64,000 nucleotides of DNA from a virus. The position numbers and the translations under genes were made by a program. The notes beneath the pieces are model-generated. The model saw only the letters and a program-made list of their open reading frames with translations. It did no database searches and had not been told where the DNA came from. Positions 30,669-40,076 of this stretch are shown in pieces (the first letter of the stretch is position 1; each line of letters opens with the position of its first letter). The DNA lies in IMG/VR virus record IMGVR_UViG_3300025674_000019, positions 32,001 to 96,000 of that record; one strand, written 5' to 3'.

Positions 30669-31151
30669 TTACTCCTCAGAAGAGTTAACTCTACTCATAA
30701 TCTCTAGGTCCTCTGCGCTAAGAGAAGCTCTTAGGATCTTATGTAAGGCCTCCGAGTGGGGGCCTGGAACCTCCGGTTCCTGCGTCCACGCTAGCGGAGC
30801 GTCCTGAGCCTTTAATACTGGCTCTAAGTCTGGCTCTAAGCCTGTATCTAATATCTCAGGAAGAAAGTCCTCGGTATCCAGAGGAGTATCTTCCTCAGGT
30901 GTACTTTCCGGAATCCTTGCCGCGGATAATACGCCTGGGTTGAACTCACGTAATGCGATGTAGATGAGCGTACGTATAACCAGGCTAGGAGTGACCTTAA
31001 AGTCAGACTCTAACGCCAACGCATCGGCTAGGTTACCCAGTTCTTCGCGCTGAGCGCGGGTTAATCGAAAAGAAGTGACGGTAATATCGCCGTGGGCCGT
31101 AAGTTTAAGCTGTCGGTCCATATCTAACAATAGTTTTCTGGTTATCTTCAA
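30669..31151 (-). CDS. ribbon-helix-helix DNA-binding protein with an acidic tail
   Basis: TVTSFRLTRAQREELGNLA...TPSLVIRTLIYIAL strand-helix-helix pattern; TTG start with GGAGG RBS. Confidence 0.6.
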   Translation of the reverse strand: MKITRKLLLDMDRQLKLTAHGDITVTSFRLTRAQREELGNLADALALESDFKVTPSLVIRTLIYIALREFNPGVLSAARIPESTPEEDTPLDTEDFLPEILDTGLEPDLEPVLKAQDAPLAWTQEPEVPGPHSEALHKILRASLSAEDLEIMSRVNSSEE

Positions 31152-31259
31152 GGCTAGGAGCCTCCTCTCTCGTTTTGCATTATTGCAGTACTTTAAGTAG
31201 CAATATCAGATTGTATTATGTGTAGTTTAGCATACTTAAGTCTAAAATACAAAAGTTCA

Positions 31260-32100
31260 GTGTCGATACTTTCCGGAAAATAGATGTTCAGTAGTAAAAT
31301 GCATTACGTAATGCATTTTTGCTACATCTAGGTTACACACACATGTAACTAAACGTCGTAGACTGTATACAATTTCTGCTACATCTATGTATACTTTCCG
31401 TTTTTCCGTTATACTTTCCGGAAAATAGGTCTGAATAATATCATACACTTAACTGTACTTTCCGTTTTTTCCGCCTATTTTCCGAAATGGATTTCCTTTT
31501 TAATATCATATAGTTACAGCGAAAAATGGCCTACTTTCCGTTTTTTTCGGAAAATACCTATATATAGGTACTGAGCCCTACTTTTTTTTTCACTCGCCAA
31601 AGGGGCCCGTGAGGGGTACTAAAAATAGTTTAATTTTTTTACTTCCTGTATAGGTGTTCAGGTGAGTATATATCGTACTACCTACTGTAATAACCCTTAG
31701 CTTTGGACTTAGGCTTAAGTTTGCATGTAAGGGCAGTAGTTGGACTCCAGAGTATACACAAAGAGTCAACAACTAACTTAAAAAACCAGTAATTCCCTCG
31801 CGCGTAACGTATATATAGGTATATAAGTATTTCCCTGAAAAAGAGGAAAATAGGGTAAAATAGGGGCTAACCCCATAGAATCACTGGGAAAATACTTTCC
31901 GGAAAGTATAAACAGAAAACGGAAAGTAGCCGTAAGTCTATGTAATTGTTAAGATCTATTTTCCGGAAAGTATGGACCAAAAACGGAAAGTATACATAGA
32001 TGTATCTTTTGCTCAGCCTACTTTCCGGAAAGTAGAGCTAAAAAAACGGAAAGTATACATTCCAGTAGCAAAAGCAGCCTTCAACTACTTTCCGTAATAC
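31260..32100. repeat. AT-rich symmetric iteron/palindrome array (candidate replication origin or centromere)
   Basis: Over a dozen TACTTTCCG/CGGAAAGTA half-sites, full palindromes at 31892-31909 and 32018-32035, and a ~53-bp imperfect inverted repeat at 31380-31432 / 31952-32004. Confidence 0.75.
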
Positions 32101-32112
32101 AAAACCCTCGGA

Positions 32113-33183
32113 TCACCTAAATACAACGCTAAGAGTCCGGTTCCGTATGTTGGCCAGCCTGTCACAGTCATATACTGACAGCTCAACCCTGGAGGCTAGC
32201 CCATAGCCTCCAGCCTTCGACCAGATATCAAAGGCGTCCTCCGGATGCGGGTACTCGGTAGCGGTATGCAGTCGGCCTCTTACGACTTCATGCTCGCCCT
32301 CTAGCTTTGGCTCACCGTTGCACAGCAGCTTATCTATTGTCATAGTGAAGACCTCCAGCAGCATGTTCCTCTTATGACGTTCGCTGCCGCCGCCAATCTT
32401 AGAGAAGTCATCTTCAGATATACTGCCGTAGATCAGCTTACTGTAGTAGATAGAGTGAAAGAACTCTGAGCACGTACTTAAGGGTTTCTTCCAAAGTCTA
32501 TCCTCTGAAGGTATATCCTCTACAAACTCCCCGCCCTCTCTGTCGCACATATAGACTTTGATCTTTACGGTGTCAGTCTCTGCGTCCCAGAAAAGATCGG
32601 AGATTGTCTTACGACCCTCTATGTAGCCCACACCCTTATTTACTGTGTAGAGTACGCTTCCATTCGGATATATATGAAAGACGCAGAACCTACTCTCTAG
32701 CTGAGGGAGCGCCTTGAGGCACACAGCTCTGCCGTAGGTATATACCGGAAGTTCATGCATCGGAGTCTCCCGGTAGTAAGGGGACACTGCAGGTACGTAA
32801 TACAGTATGTTTCCGCACGGATCATTAGAGTCCCTCTCATCCAGGTACTCTCCTACGTACTCATCTAGGTCCCACTCGTTACTAGGGTCGAACATAGCGA
32901 TGTACTTAGGGTCGTCCGCAGCAGCCCAACCCGAGTAGATCGGATCTCTTAGCTCAGGCTTCCAGTAGCTTGCTTCCGCAGAGTAGACAGCACTCTTTAC
33001 TGCTTTGATACTACTTCCACCTCTAACGTTATCTCTAGCGATAACTGGCATTCTATTATCTTGAGTAAACGCAAACCCATATAGGCTCGCCATAAAAGGG
33101 CTGAAATCAAATGGTCTTTTCACTGCTAACTCTCCGTATATACTAAAAAAAAAGATCTCTCTAGGTGTAGCGTCCGGTGACAT
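32113..33183 (-). CDS. hypothetical protein (356 aa)
   Basis: Long ORF with no recognisable motif; start codon uncertain. Confidence 0.6.
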   Translation of the reverse strand: MSPDATPREIFFFSIYGELAVKRPFDFSPFMASLYGFAFTQDNRMPVIARDNVRGGSSIKAVKSAVYSAEASYWKPELRDPIYSGWAAADDPKYIAMFDPSNEWDLDEYVGEYLDERDSNDPCGNILYYVPAVSPYYRETPMHELPVYTYGRAVCLKALPQLESRFCVFHIYPNGSVLYTVNKGVGYIEGRKTISDLFWDAETDTVKIKVYMCDREGGEFVEDIPSEDRLWKKPLSTCSEFFHSIYYSKLIYGSISEDDFSKIGGGSERHKRNMLLEVFTMTIDKLLCNGEPKLEGEHEVVRGRLHTATEYPHPEDAFDIWSKAGGYGLASRVELSVYDCDRLANIRNRTLSVVFR

Positions 33184-34184
33184 TCCCAGTCGTGGCGACT
33201 GGGAGATGTTGCCTAGCAGATAGAAAAGTTACGCCTAAGCGTCAGTTTTCTGTCTGAGCAAATGCGCCTGTTAGTACTTATAGCCGGAGTTACCCCGACC
33301 TAGCATCAGAGATCTTCTAAGTGTACGTGTGTACCTGTAGAGGTATTTTCTACGGGTCTCTTTCACTTTACCTAGCGGCGACGTACCTTCGCCATAACTC
33401 AAGATCCTCTAAGCGTAGCTTTCCCTGAGGACAGAGCTCGATTGCGCGAGCTCAGGCCGTAGGGGACGGGGCAACTACTACTCCAGGGTAGTGCCCCGCT
33501 CTGCTACTATACGAGCTTAAACCAGTGGTTGATGTAACCTCAACCTGATTCTCAGGGTTCTCGAATTTAGTTTAGTGGACTGATTTTATCTCAGCAGTAT
33601 TACAACAGAATCCTCTAGATGTAGCTGTTCGTGCCAGGTGGTCGTCTCTACCGACCAAAACCTGGAACAGACGGACATATGTCAATATGTCCGGGTGCCG
33701 AACGTACTGCCAATAACAGAGTGTCTGAAGTAGCTTCAGACTAACCTCAGGATTCTTACATCGCCCTCTAGTTGCTAGGTTTCTTATCCGGCGGTGGACA
33801 CACGGGTCACCCGCCGGATAAGGCATCGTTCTTTCGTCCTCCGAAAAATGATGGAATCCTAACGCCTCGACTATAGCTATAGCTGAAGTGGCTCCAGCCT
33901 AATATCAGGGCGGGTGCCTCTACTTTCTAGCTTAAATTTATTAATGGCTAATTAATAAATTTAGCAAGTAGTGAGCAGAGACCTGCACATTGTATTAGCC
34001 TCGGTGTGCCTCCGAGTTGTACCTCAGGCAGCCGCCTACATGTCTAAGTAGACTAGCATTATATTGCGAGATCTTAGAACGACCTCCAGCAGGGGTAACC
34101 CCTGCCTGCATCGCGGCATAAAGTGGTACTAGCTTTACCGGGACGTGACCCCGGCGGCTCTATTAGTAAGGAGAGCCTGCTAGG
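33180..34184 (+). ncRNA. candidate large structured non-coding RNA A (~970 nt)
   Basis: No credible ORF; many perfect stems, nested helices and end-to-end pairing. G-U wobbles mostly favour the + strand. Confidence 0.55.
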
Positions 34185-34854
34185 TCCCTCCCTCTACTAA
34201 CGAGAGAAGGATCTGCTCCGGGTGGACTACTACTCCGGAAGCAGAGAACTCAAGGGTAAGAGACCGGCCGTCCAGCCCATCGTCCCGAAGGTGATGGTAC
34301 ATGTCCTTGTCGATCTTTCTTCCTCGGTAGAAGTACTCTACCTTTAGCCCAGACAGCGGGTCAAGCTCTGATCGACCGGACCCGGCAACCTCCTCAGAAG
34401 CGGTTCCCTCCAGGCGAGAGATGACGCTATTGCAGGCCTCAACAAGCTTAGGAGTCGCTCCCCACACGTAGGCTCCCATGTAGGTGAGGTACCCCTTCTT
34501 GCTGAGCCAAGAGAAGGCGTGAGTGCCGTCATGGCCAGCCGTCTCATTTCTATGCCTGTGAGAGCTATCGCAGAGAAACTCATCATTCAGCATCGGGAAG
34601 ATCTCATCATCCACGTTCTGCCGGATCTGAGGCCCCATGTACCCTCTAGTACGTAGAAAGGTAGTCGCGCCATTGATCATCTGAATAAGGATACTGGCGA
34701 GACCTGTGGCTGCTGCCCAGGACTGTGTGTTTGTGAACTCGTCACAAATGATATGGGCAATGACCTCTTCTTGTAGGATAGTGGAGTGCTCCTCATTACT
34801 CATATCGACTCTGATACCAGAGTTATTAAGAGATATAGGCTGTGCGTTAGGCAT
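34180..34854 (-). CDS. hypothetical protein, possibly DNA-binding (MPNAQPISL...)
   Basis: GGAGG RBS before the ATG at 34854; the ORF-track extension upstream is probably leader sequence. Confidence 0.6.
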   Translation of the reverse strand: MPNAQPISLNNSGIRVDMSNEEHSTILQEEVIAHIICDEFTNTQSWAAATGLASILIQMINGATTFLRTRGYMGPQIRQNVDDEIFPMLNDEFLCDSSHRHRNETAGHDGTHAFSWLSKKGYLTYMGAYVWGATPKLVEACNSVISRLEGTASEEVAGSGRSELDPLSGLKVEYFYRGRKIDKDMYHHLRDDGLDGRSLTLEFSASGVVVHPEQILLSLVEGGT

Positions 34855-35080
34855 AGCGTTTTTTCCTCCAGCTGGAAGGATATAGGGTATAATCTCCCCT
34901 AGGTATAGTTGGCGGATCCTTCCGCGCGGAGGTTTGCGTAGGAATACGTAGTATTCTCGTAGCAACTCGTAGCTTCGGAGGGAGAGCTGACTGTACTGTG
35001 AAGTCAACGTTCCGGAAAGCTGAGGTAACCTCAGCACTATCTCGGGAGATTGACCTGAGCTAAGGCGCCCAGATCAAATT

Positions 35081-35109
35081 CTTATAACAAATTAATCCTG
35101 ATTTTTGCG
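35081..35109 (-). promoter_or_regulatory. phage bipartite promoter copy
   Basis: CGCAAA-N14-TGT-TATAAG on the minus strand. Confidence 0.65.
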
Positions 35110-35493
35110 CGCAGGCATCTTTGTCTTTGCGCCTACTTTTCTGTAAGCCTCATCAAGCACATCTACTCCGAGGGCAGACGACTTCCAGTAATGGTCCGGT
35201 GCGGTCAGAGCCCAAGCAATCAGGGTAGTTACTCTCTCTACGTACTCAGAGTCCTCAACCATCATATAGTAAGGGACAAGGATCTTCAGGTCCATGCCAT
35301 CACCGTCCTCTGAGTCCCCATAGGTTACAACTAGGTCCTGCTTTGAGACTTGAGCTATGTTTGGGTCTACGGCACCCAATAGCTTTCTAAGGGTCTCTAA
35401 TATCCTAAGAAAGAAAAGTATAACTCTGAACTTAATTACTTTTATTACGCTTTCTTTTTCTGGCACGCCTAGCCTCCTTGTTCCTCTGCTCAT
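35092..35493 (-). CDS. hypothetical protein (start uncertain)
   Basis: ORF within a tightly packed minus-strand operon. Confidence 0.5.
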   Translation of the reverse strand: MSRGTRRLGVPEKESVIKVIKFRVILFFLRILETLRKLLGAVDPNIAQVSKQDLVVTYGDSEDGDGMDLKILVPYYMMVEDSEYVERVTTLIAWALTAPDHYWKSSALGVDVLDEAYRKVGAKTKMPARKNQD

Positions 35494-35794
35494 AGTTCCA
35501 TCTTGCGGACCTTAGCCTGCACTGATCCCCACAGTATTTCCTGCCAGGAGCTTGAGGCAAGTCGCACTTAAAGAAAGAGCACACGGGAACCTCCGTAGGC
35601 TCACATACGGGCTCTGGGAGGGCTTCCTTGGGGGGCTCGGCCACGGGCTCAGGCTCAACGTAAGGGCCTCTGCCTGGGCAACCCAAAAAGAAGCACTCCT
35701 TAAACTTCCTTGGAAATCTAAACTTTTGGAGCTGGTCCCTACAGATCCATTCCTCTCCGTACCAAATGACTTTGCAGGGTGGCTTTGTATTCAT
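35432..35794 (-). CDS. Cys-rich putative zinc-binding protein
   Basis: CFFLGCPG and CSFFKC...YCGDQC; basic tail. Confidence 0.55.
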   Translation of the reverse strand: MNTKPPCKVIWYGEEWICRDQLQKFRFPRKFKECFFLGCPGRGPYVEPEPVAEPPKEALPEPVCEPTEVPVCSFFKCDLPQAPGRKYCGDQCRLRSARWNYEQRNKEARRARKRKRNKSN

Positions 35795-35802
35795 ATGTGT
35801 AC

Positions 35803-36282
35803 CTACTCATAGTGGGGCACCTCTGTATCTTGGTGCTGTCCTGGAGTATCTTCTACCAGAATCTCCATTTCACTTCCCCCCAATACTGAATAGATGTCGC
35901 CCCCGTGCTCGTCCTTCCACTTATTCTTTAGGTATTCTCTAAGCTTAGACTCTGCGCCCTCGGAGTACTCGAAGGGTATTGTATCCCTAAGATGACTAGT
36001 GTTGTACCACCAACCACCTTCTTCAGGCCCTCCGTAGTGGCGAGTAATTGTATATACAGATAGGTATTTTACTTTAGCCTCGCCCGAAGTGCTACAGAGC
36101 GGAGGGTCCTCTTGGTCTAGAACCTCTAGCCCCATCCTATCTTTATACTTATACTCTAAGTAGTTAGTGATCTGAGAGGGGTCATCGTACTCGGCCTCGT
36201 AGGGAATAGCTTCTATTGGGGTCTTACTGCCCTGGGTATTACTGTATGCACATAGGTACCTGATGGCCACTGTTAGCTCCAC
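35803..36282 (-). CDS. hypothetical phage protein
   Basis: YGGPEEGGWWY motif, which is common in phage hypotheticals. Confidence 0.6.
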   Translation of the reverse strand: MELTVAIRYLCAYSNTQGSKTPIEAIPYEAEYDDPSQITNYLEYKYKDRMGLEVLDQEDPPLCSTSGEAKVKYLSVYTITRHYGGPEEGGWWYNTSHLRDTIPFEYSEGAESKLREYLKNKWKDEHGGDIYSVLGGSEMEILVEDTPGQHQDTEVPHYE

Positions 36283-36536
36283 TCTGCTTTGATCTTGCTG
36301 ATCATAATTCTAGTCTCTTCTAGCGCGGCGTACTCCAGGGCACTTGCCATTGTCCCCGGATCTAGAGATAGCTTAATCTCTATTACACCGCAGGGGTACT
36401 GATCCCCATGCTCTTTATGGTGAGCCATGTACTCTTCGGCTTTTTCCCTTGCGTCGAAGTACTTAATAAACCAGAACTTATTGTTCCTATCTACCCTCAG
36501 CCTGTAGAGCCTTTGAGCTTCAGTTGCCACCAGCAA
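36273..36536 (-). CDS. hypothetical protein
   Basis: Coupled ORF. Confidence 0.5.
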   Translation of the reverse strand: MLVATEAQRLYRLRVDRNNKFWFIKYFDAREKAEEYMAHHKEHGDQYPCGVIEIKLSLDPGTMASALEYAALEETRIMISKIKAEWS

Positions 36537-36792
36537 CCTTCTCTAGGTAGCGCATGAAGCTTATCCAGCCGTATGCCGATATGTCAGGGCTGGCATCTTT
36601 AAGAAGAAGGGAAGTGTAGAACTCTTCCTTAACCTCCTTCTTACCGATGATAGACCGCTGAGACTTATCCCAGAGCTTTTTGAAGTCCCCGTAAGTGTAG
36701 GCGGCGTTCCTGCAGGCAATCAGCAGGCATATCTCGGCGGGAGTGAAACCTTCTAGATCTACAGCCCACTCAGGCATGTCACTCCTCTTCAT
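36520..36792 (-). CDS. hypothetical protein
   Basis: Coupled ORF. Confidence 0.55.
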   Translation of the reverse strand: MKRSDMPEWAVDLEGFTPAEICLLIACRNAAYTYGDFKKLWDKSQRSIIGKKEVKEEFYTSLLLKDASPDISAYGWISFMRYLEKVAGGN

Positions 36793-36967
36793 TTCTAGAA
36801 CTGATCACGCCGTCCATAAACGATACAAAGGCTGCCTTTACTTGAGCATCTGTCCTCAGTAATTCTGCACCAATCTTACGAGTGAGCTCTAGCTCCGCCT
36901 TGATGTAGTGCTCAGGCGGAAGCTTCTCTTGGCTTTCTTTACTACGAGTACTTTCGTCTATAGCCAT
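36779..36967 (-). CDS. hypothetical protein (MAIDESTRSKE...)
   Basis: GGAG RBS at the ATG at 36967; the upstream part of the ORF-track call belongs to other genes. Confidence 0.55.
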   Translation of the reverse strand: MAIDESTRSKESQEKLPPEHYIKAELELTRKIGAELLRTDAQVKAAFVSFMDGVISSRNEEE

Positions 36968-36980
36968 ATTTATTCTCCAG

Positions 36981-37073
36981 CTAATATAAGTAAAGCAGAG
37001 TTGCAGCAGCTCCCAAGAGCACTGCAAAAAGAACACAGCTGCCGTACATAGCGACTTTGTATACTGTTTCCAT
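36981..37073 (-). CDS. small membrane peptide (METVYKVAMYG..., 30 aa)
   Basis: AAGGAG RBS; hydrophobic. Confidence 0.5.
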   Translation of the reverse strand: METVYKVAMYGSCVLFAVLLGAAATLLYLY

Positions 37074-37092
37074 GGGAAGGGCTCCTTATCTG

Positions 37093-37260
37093 TCAAAGGG
37101 CCAAGCAGTACATGAGGGAAATTCTTAGTGTAAGATAGACCACCGCATAAAACAATGTTGTAACCAACATATCCGATAGGCCTGTGTACACACTGATGTA
37201 CGCATACGCGTAGCAGGTAACAAAGAGGGCGATAACGCCTGCGAGCACCATGCCGAACAT
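37093..37260 (-). CDS. small two-TM membrane protein (MFGMVLAGVIAL..., 55 aa)
   Basis: AAGGAGGAG RBS; hydrophobic. Confidence 0.55.
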   Translation of the reverse strand: MFGMVLAGVIALFVTCYAYAYISVYTGLSDMLVTTLFYAVVYLTLRISLMYCLAL

Positions 37261-37369
37261 GCACTCCTCCTTTAAGCGTAAAGTAGTTGCGGCTGACTGT
37301 TACTCTTCTATGAGCACGCCACCAGCCTGTACGATTTGAGCTGCTTCTTCACACCGTAGGCAACTATAC

Positions 37370-37441
37370 TGGGCCGCCCGGGACTCGAACCCGGAACCAA
37401 TGGATTAAAAGTCCACTGCTCTACCATTGAGCTAGCAGCCC
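37370..37441 (-). tRNA. tRNA-Lys(UUU)
   Basis: Cloverleaf GGGCTGC...TTT...GGTTCGAGTCC; CCA not encoded. Confidence 0.93.
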
Positions 37442-37464
37442 ATGCGCCCCTAGCGGGGCGCTGA

Positions 37465-38889
37465 CTAAAAGTCGTCTGTCAGCAAGACGTAGGAACTATA
37501 CGCTGTTAGGGCCGACAATGCTAGGGTCGTTATACCAAGAATCTTATGGCCAGTAGGATATCTCTCCCCCCAGGTGGACAAGCCTCCATGCACAGAAAGA
37601 TCCCCTGTGTTTAGGCAGAGGTTACCTTCTTGCTTATAGTCACGACCACAATCTCTGTAGTACTCACCCGCCAACCAGTTGCCCGCAGCTACCAAAGAGA
37701 GCAGGCCCCCTAGAACTACAACAGGGTAGTTCCACTCCCCGGGCGCTTCACTGTAGTCCACCAGGCCCCTCGTTACGGCTATTCGGCCCGGCTCTACTTC
37801 GGAGTACCTATCGTATGAGCTAAGAGTGTGGATACCCAAGCCATCCTTAAGCACGTGAGTGTAGCCCCAGCCTGGAAGAGAGTCCTGTAGATATTCTCTT
37901 AGAGAATGCAGCTCAGCTTCTCTACTAGCCACCTCTCGAGTTTTCTCCGCTATGGCGGGAGACTCTACGTCTATACCGTAGGCCTCTATCTCTTCATCAA
38001 GGTACTCTTGATATCCGAATAGCTGTAGGTGCTCTAGGACTGCAGCCTTCAGAGTAGCCCCGGACACGCTATCGAAGCCCTGTACCTCTCGCAGCGCGGC
38101 TAGGTGTGATTCTCTGCCGATAGGCTCAACCCTGGGAGAGTTAAGTATCTCAAGAAATCTACTATACTTCCTAGAGTAGTCCCTCAGGTACAGCTTGTAG
38201 TGCTGTACTTTACGCAGGGCGAGATCAGAGTAGTCTGGGTACTGAATTAAATTGTCCCATAACCTGAGGCGCTCGCTAGCGCTTATACTCGGGTCAGAGT
38301 CAGATTGGGTAGCGTTCTCCAGAGCTCTCATAGCCTCCAGGTCCATAGACCGAGAAGCCCTTAGCTCTGCTACTCTAGTTGCATCAAGTAATAACCCTTC
38401 TCTTCCCTGGCGAGAGAAGCTAACAGGCGCCTCCCCTTCCCTGGTAGTAGCGTTTAGCTTCAGAAAGAAAGCGAGCCTTCTAGACAGCTCACCAGTGTTA
38501 CCTATAGAAGAAGACTCGCTGAAGACACTTGTGCCTTCTAGTGATCTAAAAACCTCTAAAGATAACCTTCCAGCTAAAAGCCTGCCTGCCACTACCCAGT
38601 CTGCCCCGACAGTTCTGCCTATATTTACAGAGCACATGTCGGAGCAGTCTTCTAGCTCAGTGCCTTCAGGCAGCAAAGCCTCTACGTTCTCACTACTGAG
38701 AGTCCTATAGGCGGCAGGGTCCGAGATAGTCCTGCGCACTTGCCCAGTGAGATCTATCGCAGCAGTATCTCCCTGTATATTTAGAACTAGTACACGTGGA
38801 AGGCTAGAGGACCTCTCTACTGGCTTGGGCCCTGCGCCACAGCCAAGCAGAAAAGATAAACTAGTAATGCCTACGAATAAGTATCGCAA
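37465..38889 (-). CDS. putative lipoprotein with a TolB-N/CsgG-like domain and C-terminal TM segments
   Basis: Lipobox-like FLLGC; LEDCSDMCSVNIGRTVGADWVVAG motif; probable TTG start. Confidence 0.55.
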   Translation of the reverse strand: MRYLFVGITSLSFLLGCGAGPKPVERSSSLPRVLVLNIQGDTAAIDLTGQVRRTISDPAAYRTLSSENVEALLPEGTELEDCSDMCSVNIGRTVGADWVVAGRLLAGRLSLEVFRSLEGTSVFSESSSIGNTGELSRRLAFFLKLNATTREGEAPVSFSRQGREGLLLDATRVAELRASRSMDLEAMRALENATQSDSDPSISASERLRLWDNLIQYPDYSDLALRKVQHYKLYLRDYSRKYSRFLEILNSPRVEPIGRESHLAALREVQGFDSVSGATLKAAVLEHLQLFGYQEYLDEEIEAYGIDVESPAIAEKTREVASREAELHSLREYLQDSLPGWGYTHVLKDGLGIHTLSSYDRYSEVEPGRIAVTRGLVDYSEAPGEWNYPVVVLGGLLSLVAAGNWLAGEYYRDCGRDYKQEGNLCLNTGDLSVHGGLSTWGERYPTGHKILGITTLALSALTAYSSYVLLTDDF

Positions 38890-39049
38890 AGCCAAGCAAC
38901 AAGAACCAGCCAATGCCCGTCCACCCTGCAAAGATATTAAGCAGGAAGATACCGGGGGTACGGCGCAGCTTACGGGAGCTAGCGATTATACTCGGTAGGA
39001 AGTAGGCTACAGTTATACCAAAGCCGATTACTAGAGCTTCAACGCTCAT
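38861..39049 (-). CDS. superinfection immunity protein (T4 Imm family)
   Basis: YFLPSIIA..R.....IFLLNIFAGWTGIGW signature. Confidence 0.85.
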   Translation of the reverse strand: MSVEALVIGFGITVAYFLPSIIASSRKLRRTPGIFLLNIFAGWTGIGWFLLLGFAILIRRHY

Positions 39050-39200
39050 CGCGCTTATTCCTCAATTGCTTGAGTGCCCACTTCGGAGGGTTCTTCATAA
39101 GATAAACCTTTTGAAGAAACTCCAAAGGATCTTTATATTCTGACTGGTTACTCCAGTTGCTTAGTACTTCAGGGTGCAACCCTTTGTGCGTCTCTTTCAT
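39039..39200 (-). CDS. small hypothetical protein (MKETHKGLHPE..., 53 aa)
   Basis: AAGGAGG RBS. Confidence 0.5.
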   Translation of the reverse strand: MKETHKGLHPEVLSNWSNQSEYKDPLEFLQKVYLMKNPPKWALKQLRNKRDER

Positions 39201-39223
39201 AGTTCCTCCTTTGAAGAGACAAG

Positions 39224-39297
39224 CGTACCAGGCAGGGCTCGAACCTGCGACCCTCGGCTTAGGAGGCCGATGCTCTATCCATCTGAGCTACTGGTAC
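39224..39297 (-). tRNA. tRNA-Arg(CCU)
   Basis: Cloverleaf with anticodon loop CT-CCT-AA. Confidence 0.92.
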
Positions 39298-39356
39298 CTA
39301 TGTCCGGGTTTACCGGACTGAGGGCACTTAGTCCAGAACTTCTACTAGCTCAAGAC

Positions 39357-39557
39357 TTACTCCTCCGTATACCCATCGAACCAAGGCCCAAACCTCTTAG
39401 TTCTACGCACAGCCTCAGGACTGGTAGCTGTGCGGCTACTTGTCTCTGGGTCCCTGCAGTGAGCCTGAGCTTCTTCCTCAGTGAGCCCTGTCTGCCCGTA
39501 GTCTCTACGAGAAGAGTCCCTGTAGAAGCGAACTATTTTATAAGTCGCCACTACCAT
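39357..39557 (-). CDS. hypothetical phage protein
   Basis: YKIVRFY...TGLTEEEAQAHCRDPETSS...WFDGY pattern. Confidence 0.6.
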   Translation of the reverse strand: MVVATYKIVRFYRDSSRRDYGQTGLTEEEAQAHCRDPETSSRTATSPEAVRRTKRFGPWFDGYTEE

Positions 39558-39795
39558 ACCCGCTCTTAGGCCCACGCACATGATCGAGCATAGCTTCCCA
39601 GTCCTCAGCAAATGTCACTAAGTCTGATAGATAGTTCTCTTGAACCATCTTATACGAATTCCTAGGGGACACCCTAGGCTCCTTACCCTGAGACTGCTCC
39701 ATAAGCTTGGAGAACTCTTCGTAGCTAAGTCCAGCTTTAGCGCAGATCAACTGAAGCGCTCTTTCTGCCGGAGTATAGTTTCGACCTCTAGCCAT
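39538..39795 (-). CDS. hypothetical protein
   Basis: 85-aa ORF within the operon. Confidence 0.5.
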   Translation of the reverse strand: MARGRNYTPAERALQLICAKAGLSYEEFSKLMEQSQGKEPRVSPRNSYKMVQENYLSDLVTFAEDWEAMLDHVRGPKSGYGSGDL

Positions 39796-39869
39796 AACAC
39801 ACGATACCCGTGCTTTTGTAGCATCTACTGCTTTCGTTGTTCATGCTTTACCTCCATGAACAGAGTGAG

Positions 39870-39943
39870 TACTCGGAGTGGGACTTGAACCCACGACCCC
39901 CGGTATGTAAGACCGGTGCTCTAACCAACTGAGCTACCCGAGT
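39870..39943 (-). tRNA. tRNA-Val(UAC)
   Basis: Cloverleaf with anticodon arm CCGGT-CTTACAT-ACCGG. Confidence 0.9.
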
Positions 39944-40003
39944 ATAGATTCCCCACCTCAATGGAGCTTAGTGCAGTAATATTAATAAACGAGGCGGGGA
40001 AAG

Positions 40004-40076
40004 TGCTGGAAGAGGGACTTGAACCCCCGGCCGGCTGATTACAAATCAGCAGCTCTACCAACTGAGCTATTCCAGC
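40004..40076 (-). tRNA. tRNA-Thr(UGU)
   Basis: Cloverleaf with anticodon TGT. Confidence 0.92.

Noticed and set aside
31257-31772. Short ORFs (63 and 60 aa) inside the repeat array
   Set aside because: No RBS, low complexity, and they overlap the symmetric DNA motifs; probably spurious.
31260-32100. CRISPR array
   Set aside because: Repeats are 9-18 bp, irregularly spaced and inverted between arms; there are no constant-length spacers and no cas genes.
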